The notes under the pieces: generated by a model
The model's input: the letters and a program-made list of their open reading frames with translations, nothing else
What the model was told of the DNA's origin: nothing
Databases searched by the model: none
Part shown: in pieces, positions 55,912-64,000 of the stretch
How the letters are laid out: every line of letters begins with the position of its first letter
Position numbering within the stretch: position 1 is the first letter of the stretch
Position numbers and translations under genes: made by a program
Origin: an uncultured Coriobacteriia bacterium
GTDB taxonomy: Bacteria > Actinomycetota > Coriobacteriia > Anaerosomatales > PHET01
Assembly (NCBI GenBank): GCA_942493275.1
Contig: OW818687.1
Coordinates: 176,743 to 240,742, forward strand
Direction: 5' to 3'
DNA length: 64,000 nt

Positions 55912-57456
55912 CTAGAGTTCGTCTTCCACGATGCGCTTGTTCGCGACGAGCAAGCGGTTGAGTGCGTTTGTGTAGGCCTTGGCCGACGCCACGATGATAT
56001 CGGAGTGGGCGCCTCGGCCGGTGAATACCTCGCCGTCGGCGTTGGTCACGCGAATGGTCACCTCGCCGAGAGCGTCGATGCCGCGGGTGACCGCTTCGAC
56101 TCGGAACTCCGTGAGGTCGTTCTCAACGTCGATCATGCGGTTGATGGCCTTGTACACCGCGTCCACGGGACCGGTGCCGTGACTCGAGTCGATGAGGTGG
56201 TTGCCGTCGGCGTCGACGAGCTCGACCGTGGCGGTCGGGATGCCGGGCTCACCGCTCGTGACCTGAACCTTCTCGAGATGATAGACCTCGTGAAGCGTGC
56301 GTTCGCTCTCTCCGACGAGTGCCTCGAGGTCCTCGTCGTAGACTTCCTTCTTCTTGTCGGCGAGCGCAAGGAACTGCTCGTGAACGCGCTCGAACTCCTG
56401 GTCCGGGAGCGCGAAGCCGAGCTCCTCGAGGCGGTGCCTCAGCGCGTGACGACCGCTGCGGGCCGTGAGCACGATGCTCGAGCCGCCCGCCCCGACGTCC
56501 GCGGGGTCGATGATCTCGTAGGTGCTGCGCTCCTTGAGCACGCCGTCCTGGTGGATGCCGCTGGAGTGCGCGAACGCGTTGGCTCCCACGATCGCCTTGT
56601 TCGGCTGCACGAGGATGCCCGTGATCGACGAGACCAGCCGCGAAGCGCGCGTGATCTCCCTGGTGTTGATCCTCGTGTCGACGCCAAACACGTCCGGGCG
56701 CTGCTTGAGCGCCATGACGACCTCTTCCATCGCCGTGTTGCCGGCGCGCTCGCCGAGCCCGTTGATGGTGCACTCGATCTGCCGCGCTCCGTTACGAACG
56801 CCCGCCAGTGAGTTCGCCGTCGCCATGCCCAGGTCGTTGTGGCAGTGAACGGAGATGATCGCGTTCTCGATACCTGCAACGTTGTTCACAAGTCCGGCGA
56901 TGAGCTCGCCGAAGACCTCAGGGTAGGAGTACCCGGTGGTATCCGGGATGTTGACCACCGTGGCGCCGGCGGCGACCACGGCCTCGACCATCCGGTAGAG
57001 GAACTCCGGGTTGGCGCGTCCCGCATCCTCGGCGTAGAACTCGACGTCCTCGACGAACGTGCGCGCGTACGTGACCGCTTTGACGGCCCGCGCCATCGCC
57101 TCTTCGCCGCTGATGCGCAGCTTGTCGCGCAGGTGGCTTTCCGAGACGCCGATGCCGGTGTGGATGCGCGGGCGTGATGCGGTCTTGAGCGCGTCGGCCG
57201 CCACCTCGATGTCTTTGGGTACCGCGCGGGTCAGGCCGCAGACCACCGCGGCGTCCCCCACCTCGGCACCGATCCTGCGGACGCTCTCGAAGTCGCCGGG
57301 GCTCGAGACGGGAAAGCCCGCCTCGATCACGTCGACGCCGAGTCGGACCAGCTGACGCGCGATCTCGAGTTTCTCGTCGGTGTTCATCGACGCGCCCGGC
57401 GACTGCTCGCCGTCGCGAAGAGTGGTGTCGAATATGTAGACGCGATCTGTAGTCAC
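55912..57456 (-). CDS. leuA: 2-isopropylmalate synthase
   Basis: [51 protein letters not shown]; GTG start after GGAGGTG. Confidence 0.96.
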   Translation of the reverse strand: MTTDRVYIFDTTLRDGEQSPGASMNTDEKLEIARQLVRLGVDVIEAGFPVSSPGDFESVRRIGAEVGDAAVVCGLTRAVPKDIEVAADALKTASRPRIHTGIGVSESHLRDKLRISGEEAMARAVKAVTYARTFVEDVEFYAEDAGRANPEFLYRMVEAVVAAGATVVNIPDTTGYSYPEVFGELIAGLVNNVAGIENAIISVHCHNDLGMATANSLAGVRNGARQIECTINGLGERAGNTAMEEVVMALKQRPDVFGVDTRINTREITRASRLVSSITGILVQPNKAIVGANAFAHSSGIHQDGVLKERSTYEIIDPADVGAGGSSIVLTARSGRHALRHRLEELGFALPDQEFERVHEQFLALADKKKEVYDEDLEALVGESERTLHEVYHLEKVQVTSGEPGIPTATVELVDADGNHLIDSSHGTGPVDAVYKAINRMIDVENDLTEFRVEAVTRGIDALGEVTIRVTNADGEVFTGRGAHSDIIVASAKAYTNALNRLLVANKRIVEDEL

Positions 57457-57573
57457 GTGACTCACCTCCAGGGAACCGGAACGGGATTGGGCGGCCGACG
57501 ACCCCACGCGGGGTCGCCGGCTACCTAAGTCGCTCCATGCGGAGGTATGCCCGATTCGATGCGTTGCGCACGC

Positions 57574-59151
57574 TTACAGCTCCACGCTCCACGCGGTGGA
57601 AATGCCCGCCTCGGCCTTGATGAGGTCGAGGACGTCGGCCGGCACGGGGATGTCGACGTTGATGCCCATGAGGGCCTCGCCGGCCTTCTTGGTACGCCCG
57701 ACCTGCATCGACCCGATGTTGATCTTGTGGGCGCCGAGCATCGTGCCCACCTTGCCGATCATGCCCGGGCGATCGTCGTAGCGGAAGAACGACATGTACT
57801 TGGTCGGAAGCATGTCGAGGTCGAACCCGTACAGAGACACCAGGCGCGGCTCGTTCTTCTTACCGATGACCGTGCCGCCGATCTCGATCTGCCCGTCAGG
57901 CGTATCGGCGGTGACCAGGATGAGGTTCACGTAGTCGAGAGCCTCGGAGCTGCGGCGCTCGGTGATCTCGATGCCGCGCTGCTCGGCGTAGTACTCGGCG
58001 TTGACGAAGTTCACGGACTCCGCCGAGACGCGCGAGAGCATGCCCTTGAGCACCGCGGTGCGCAGAATGCGGGTGTCGGTGTCGGCGATGTGGCCCTTGA
58101 AGTGGACCTCGATCTTGTCGACGCCGTGAGCCATCTGGGCGACCATCGCGCCGAGACCCTCGGCGATCGGCAGGTACGGGCCGACCTTCTCCAGCACGTC
58201 GGGCGAGACCGGCGCGATGTTGACGGCGGTCGGCACCATCTTGCCGAGGAGGCCATCAGCGACGAAGTCGGCGATCTGCTCGCCCGCGCGATCCTGAGCC
58301 TCGCTCGTGGACGCGCCGAGGTGCGGCGTGAGGATGACGTTGTCGAACTCCGCAAGCGGCGAGTCGGTACACGGCTCGATCTCGAACACGTCGATCGCGG
58401 CGCCGGCCACCTTGCCGGAGCGGATGGCGTCGGCGAGTGCCTCAACCTGGTAGATTCCGCCGCGGGCGGTGTTGATGATGCGCACGCCGTCCTTCATCTT
58501 CGCGAACTGCTCGGCGCCGAACATGCCGATGGTCTCCTTGCTTTTGGGCAGGTGGACCGTGATGAAGTCGGCCTGGGCCAGGATGTCGTCCACGGACTCG
58601 ACGAGCTCCACGCCCATCGCCTGGGCGCGCTCGGGCGTCGTGTAGGGGTCGTATCCGATGATGCGCATACCGAAGCCGCGTGCACGCTCGCACACGAGCC
58701 CGCCGATACGGCCGAGGCCGAAGACCGCGAGCGTCTTCTCGTAGAGCTCAGCGCCGGTGAACTTCGAGCGCTCCCACTTGCACTGGTGCATGGACGCGCT
58801 CGCCTGCGGGATGTTGCGCGACATCGACAGCATGAGCGCCATGGTGTGCTCGGCGGCTGAGACGATGTTGGAGGTCGGCGCGTTGCACACGATGATGCCG
58901 CGCTCGGTGGCGGCGTCCACGTCGACGTTGTCGACGCCCACGCCCGCGCGACCGATGACCTTGAGGTTGTGCCCGGCCTCGATGACCTCGCGAGTGGCGC
59001 GCGTCGCGGAGCGAACGATCAGCGCGTCGTACACGCCGATCTCGGCAACCAGCTGCTCGGGAGTCAGGTCGGTCTTGACGTCGACGTCGAACTGCTCGCG
59101 CAGCTTCTCGATGCCGCTCGCCGCGATGCTTTCAGCTACCAGAACCTTCAT
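57574..59151 (-). CDS. serA: D-3-phosphoglycerate dehydrogenase (with ASB and ACT domains)
   Basis: IGRAGVGVDNVD, SAAEHT, GLGRIG, INTARGG, TPHLGASTSEAQ, DRPGMIG. Confidence 0.96.
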   Translation of the reverse strand: MKVLVAESIAASGIEKLREQFDVDVKTDLTPEQLVAEIGVYDALIVRSATRATREVIEAGHNLKVIGRAGVGVDNVDVDAATERGIIVCNAPTSNIVSAAEHTMALMLSMSRNIPQASASMHQCKWERSKFTGAELYEKTLAVFGLGRIGGLVCERARGFGMRIIGYDPYTTPERAQAMGVELVESVDDILAQADFITVHLPKSKETIGMFGAEQFAKMKDGVRIINTARGGIYQVEALADAIRSGKVAGAAIDVFEIEPCTDSPLAEFDNVILTPHLGASTSEAQDRAGEQIADFVADGLLGKMVPTAVNIAPVSPDVLEKVGPYLPIAEGLGAMVAQMAHGVDKIEVHFKGHIADTDTRILRTAVLKGMLSRVSAESVNFVNAEYYAEQRGIEITERRSSEALDYVNLILVTADTPDGQIEIGGTVIGKKNEPRLVSLYGFDLDMLPTKYMSFFRYDDRPGMIGKVGTMLGAHKINIGSMQVGRTKKAGEALMGINVDIPVPADVLDLIKAEAGISTAWSVEL

Positions 59152-59157
59152 CGTCCC

Positions 59158-60303
59158 CTACCCTTCCATGAACACGGACTCGGCGGCCTTGATACCGGCG
59201 CCGCGCTCGAACTCGTAGCCGAGTTCGGTGAGCGTCATCTCGAGCGCCGCCAGCGTGGTGATGATGTCGAACGGACCGAAGTAGCCCAGGTGACCGATGC
59301 GGAAGATGCGACCGGTGTAGTCGTCCTGGCCGCCCGCGATGGTCACGCCGTACTTGTCCTTGAGGATTTTGACGATCGCCTTGCCGTCGATGCCCTCGGG
59401 TACCCACACCGGGGTCACGGCCGAGCCGCGGCCCTCGGGCGGCGCAAAGAGCCTGAGACCGAGCGCCTCACAGCCCTGTCGAGTTGCCTCGGCGAGCTTG
59501 GTGTGGCGCGCGATCGTGTTCTCGATTCCCTCTTCGCGGATCATGTTGAGAGCCACGTTGAGGCCGAGCACCAGCGAGACTGCCGGCGTGAACGGCGTGG
59601 TGTCCTTCTCGACGTTCTTCTTGTACTTCATCCAGTCGAAGTAGAACTTCGGCAGAGTAGAACGCTCGTAGGCCTTCCAGGCCTTCGCGCTCACGGTGCA
59701 TGCGGCCAGACCAGGCGGGAGCATGAGCCCCTTCTGCGAGCCGGTCATGACGACGTCGAGCCCCCACTCGTCGGTCTTGCACTCGACGGCACCGATGCCG
59801 GTGATCGAGTCGACGATGAGGATGCACTCGTCGTAGGCCTTCACGATCTCGCCGATCGCCTTCACGTCGTTCAACACGCCGGTCGAGGTCTCGGACTGCG
59901 TGACGATGACGCCGCGCACTCCGGGGTTCTCGGACAGGGCCTTTGCGACGTCGGCGGGGCGCACGACCTCTTCCCAACCGTAGGCCAGATCGATGACGTT
60001 GACGCCGTAGGCCTCGCAGATGTTCTTCTGGCGGTCGCCGAACTTGCCGTTGCGCGTGACGATGACCGTGTCGCCCGCAGAGAAGCAGTTCGCGATCGCC
60101 GACTCCATCACGCCGGTACCCGAACAGGCGAACAGCAGCGCGTCGCCCTCGGTCTGAAAGACGTACTTGAGGTTGTCGATGGCCGCCTTGAACGCCGCCG
60201 AGAAGTCCGGCGTGCGGTGGTGGATCATCGGCGCCGCCATGGTGAGCATGACCTCGGCGGGTACCGGGGTCGGTCCCGGAGTCATGAGGTACTTCTTCTG
60301 CAT
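59158..60303 (-). CDS. class V PLP aminotransferase (alanine-glyoxylate type; probable phosphoserine aminotransferase)
   Basis: TPGPTPVP, HHRT, SGTGVME, SETSTGV, TGSQKGLMLPPG, FRIGHLG; adjacent to serA; start at 60303. Confidence 0.85.
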   Translation of the reverse strand: MQKKYLMTPGPTPVPAEVMLTMAAPMIHHRTPDFSAAFKAAIDNLKYVFQTEGDALLFACSGTGVMESAIANCFSAGDTVIVTRNGKFGDRQKNICEAYGVNVIDLAYGWEEVVRPADVAKALSENPGVRGVIVTQSETSTGVLNDVKAIGEIVKAYDECILIVDSITGIGAVECKTDEWGLDVVMTGSQKGLMLPPGLAACTVSAKAWKAYERSTLPKFYFDWMKYKKNVEKDTTPFTPAVSLVLGLNVALNMIREEGIENTIARHTKLAEATRQGCEALGLRLFAPPEGRGSAVTPVWVPEGIDGKAIVKILKDKYGVTIAGGQDDYTGRIFRIGHLGYFGPFDIITTLAALEMTLTELGYEFERGAGIKAAESVFMEG

Positions 60304-60344
60304 CAGAGCGCTCCCTTGAGCTGGAAGGTGTCCGTACGGGTTCT

Positions 60345-61897
<1,553 letters not shown>

Positions 61898-63658
61898 CTA
61901 CTCCCACACCTCCTCGAGCAGCTCGTCGTCGAGCATCTCGGAAACCGGACATCCCGGGACCCCGCCGAGCATCTCGTCGATGCTGCCTCCGGGAGCGACC
62001 ATCGGGAACACGCACTCCTCGCCCACGACCCGGCAGTCCACGATCGCGGGGCCGTCGTGCTCGAACGCCGCGGTGAGCGCTGCGTCGACCTCGGCGGGCG
62101 TCGTCGCCCGGACGCCGAGGCAACCGTAGGCCTCGGCAAGCTTGACGAAGTCCGGGCAGTCCTGCGGCAGCACGCTCGAGGCGTAGCGGCGCCCGTAGAA
62201 GAGTTCCTGCCACTGCCGGACCATGCCGAGATAACCGTTGTTGAGGATGACGACCTTGACCGGCAGGTTGTTGATCTCCGCGGTAGCCAACTCCTGAAGG
62301 TTCATCTGGAACGAGCCGTCGCCTGCGATGTCGATGACGAGCGCCCCGGGACGGCCGACCTGGGCGCCGATCGCCGCCGGGAAGCCGAAGCCCATCGTGC
62401 CCAGGCCGCCCGAGGACACCCATGAGCGCGGGTGCCGCAGCGTGTAGTACTGGCACGACCACATCTGGTTCTGGCCGACTTCGGTGCAGATGACGGTCTC
62501 GCGATCCTTCGTGAGCTCGCTCACCCGCTGGACGACGTACTGCGGGAACAGCTGGTCAGGCGCCGCCTCGGCACCGTAGTGCAGCGGGAAGCGCTGTCGC
62601 CACTCGTCGACGACTCGCACCCACGCCTCGGTTCGCGGCTCGGCGCCGGTCTTGCGCAACTCGGCGACGACGCCCGCGAGGACGTTCTTGGCGTCGCCCA
62701 CGATCGGCACGTCGACCGCCTTGTTCTTGCCGATCTCGGCCGGGTCGACGTCGACGTGGATGATCTTGGCCTTGCTCGCGAACGCCGAGAGCTTGCCGGT
62801 CACGCGGTCGTCGAAGCGCACGCCCACCGAGATGAGCAGGTCCGTCTCGGTGATCGCGTAGTTGGTGTACTTCGCTCCGTGCATGCCCGGCATGCCGATC
62901 CAGAGGTGATGGTCTTCCGGGAACGAGCCCTTGCCCATCATCGTGGTGATGACCGGGATCTGCATGAGCTCCGCGAGCTCCTTGACCTCCTTGGAGGCGC
63001 CGGAGGCCAGGATGCCGCCGCCGATGTAGAGCAGCGGCTTGCGCGCCTTGGTGATGAACGACACGGCCTGCTTGATCTGCTTGCTGTGGCCCTTGAACGT
63101 GGGCTTGTAGCCCGGCAGGTTCACGGTGGTGGGGTACTCGAAGTCGAGCTCACCCTTGCTCACGTCGACCGGCAGGTCGATGAGCACCGGCCCCGGACGG
63201 CCGGTCGTGGCGATGTGGAACGCCTCTTTCACGACTTCGGGCAGGTCCGCGGGATCCGTGAGCAGGTAGCTGTGCTTGGTGATCGGCAGGGTGATGCCGG
63301 TGATGTCGGACTCCTGGAAGGCGTCGGTACCGAGTACCGCCTGTGCGACCTGGGCGGTGAAGACGACCATCGGGATCGAGTCCATGTACGCGTTGGCGAG
63401 CCCTGTGATGGTGTTGGTCGCGCCGGGGCCGCTCGTCACGACGACCGGGGCGACCCGGCCGGTGGCACGAGCGTAACCGTCGCCCATGTGCATGGCCCCC
63501 TGCTCGTGGCGCGGCAGGATCGTGGTGATCTGCTCTGAGTCATAGAGCGCGTCGAAGATCGGCAACGCGACGCCGCCCGGGTAGCCGAAGACGGTGTCTA
63601 CACCCTCGGCCTCCAGACAGCGCACGAGCGCTTCTGCGCCGGTGATCCGGTCGGTCAT
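61898..63658 (-). CDS. ilvB: acetolactate synthase large subunit
   Basis: [52 protein letters not shown]. Confidence 0.97.
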   Translation of the reverse strand: MTDRITGAEALVRCLEAEGVDTVFGYPGGVALPIFDALYDSEQITTILPRHEQGAMHMGDGYARATGRVAPVVVTSGPGATNTITGLANAYMDSIPMVVFTAQVAQAVLGTDAFQESDITGITLPITKHSYLLTDPADLPEVVKEAFHIATTGRPGPVLIDLPVDVSKGELDFEYPTTVNLPGYKPTFKGHSKQIKQAVSFITKARKPLLYIGGGILASGASKEVKELAELMQIPVITTMMGKGSFPEDHHLWIGMPGMHGAKYTNYAITETDLLISVGVRFDDRVTGKLSAFASKAKIIHVDVDPAEIGKNKAVDVPIVGDAKNVLAGVVAELRKTGAEPRTEAWVRVVDEWRQRFPLHYGAEAAPDQLFPQYVVQRVSELTKDRETVICTEVGQNQMWSCQYYTLRHPRSWVSSGGLGTMGFGFPAAIGAQVGRPGALVIDIAGDGSFQMNLQELATAEINNLPVKVVILNNGYLGMVRQWQELFYGRRYASSVLPQDCPDFVKLAEAYGCLGVRATTPAEVDAALTAAFEHDGPAIVDCRVVGEECVFPMVAPGGSIDEMLGGVPGCPVSEMLDDELLEEVWE

Positions 63659-64000
63659 GACAGCACCGCCCCCTTGTCGGCTGAGGTGACGAGCTTGGCG
63701 TAGCGGGCGAGGACGCCGGTCTTGACCCGCGGCTCAGGCTGCTGCCTCGTCGCCCGGCGGGCGGCGAGCTCGTCGTCGGACACGTGCAGGGTCAGAGTCG
63801 CCGAGTCGATGTCGACGGTGATCGAGTCGCCCTCGGCGACAAGACCGATGGGGCCGCCGGCGGCGGCTTCAGGGGCGACGTGGCCGACCGCCGGGCCCTT
63901 GGTGGCGCCGGAGAAGCGGCCGTCGGTGATGAGAGCGCAGCTGGTGGAGAGGCCCATGCCGCTGATCGCGCTCGTGGGCGTGAGCATCTCGCGCATGCCC
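63655..64000 (-). CDS. ilvD: dihydroxy-acid dehydratase, C-terminal part (truncated by window edge)
   Basis: [43 protein letters not shown]. Confidence 0.93.
   Translation of the reverse strand, partial: GMREMLTPTSAISGMGLSTSCALITDGRFSGATKGPAVGHVAPEAAAGGPIGLVAEGDSITVDIDSATLTLHVSDDELAARRATRQQPEPRVKTGVLARYAKLVTSADKGAVLS

Overview
High-GC bacterial chromosome segment (roughly two-thirds GC by eye). Gene content and style suggest a deep-branching anaerobic actinobacterium (Coriobacteriia/Anaerosomatales-like); this is inferred, not verified. The backbone is minus-strand amino-acid biosynthesis: ilvD(partial)-ilvB-ilvN-ilvC-class V aminotransferase-serA-leuA-leuC at the right end, then leuD, leuB-ilvE-cimA, and yerC/trpR-like-dnaE-hisZGDCBHAFI at the left end. 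leuC and leuD are separated by about 31 kb. That interval holds (i) a cytochrome module: a membrane-anchored TPR protein, a doubly anchored NHL beta-propeller, a secreted Ser/Thr-rich cytochrome with six probable hemes and an OmcS-like motif layout, two NapC/NirT-like membrane cytochromes with 11-12 heme motifs each, and two O-antigen-ligase (Wzy_C) family proteins; and (ii) a glycan cluster: pglA/C/D/E/F-like genes, fcl, a Wzx flippase, several glycosyltransferases, a radical SAM enzyme, a methyltransferase, a deacetylase and a UbiA-DUF362-GT-C module. manC and two gmd genes lie between leuD and leuB, and a third Wzy_C gene follows cimA. The main hypothesis is a monoderm extracellular electron-transfer system with a cytochrome filament (nanowire) subunit, assembly factors and its own O-linked protein glycosylation pathway. 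Two sigma54-type promoter motifs precede parts of the cytochrome module. A TrpR-like operator overlaps the his promoter. No rRNA, tRNA, CRISPR array, integrase or transposase was seen.
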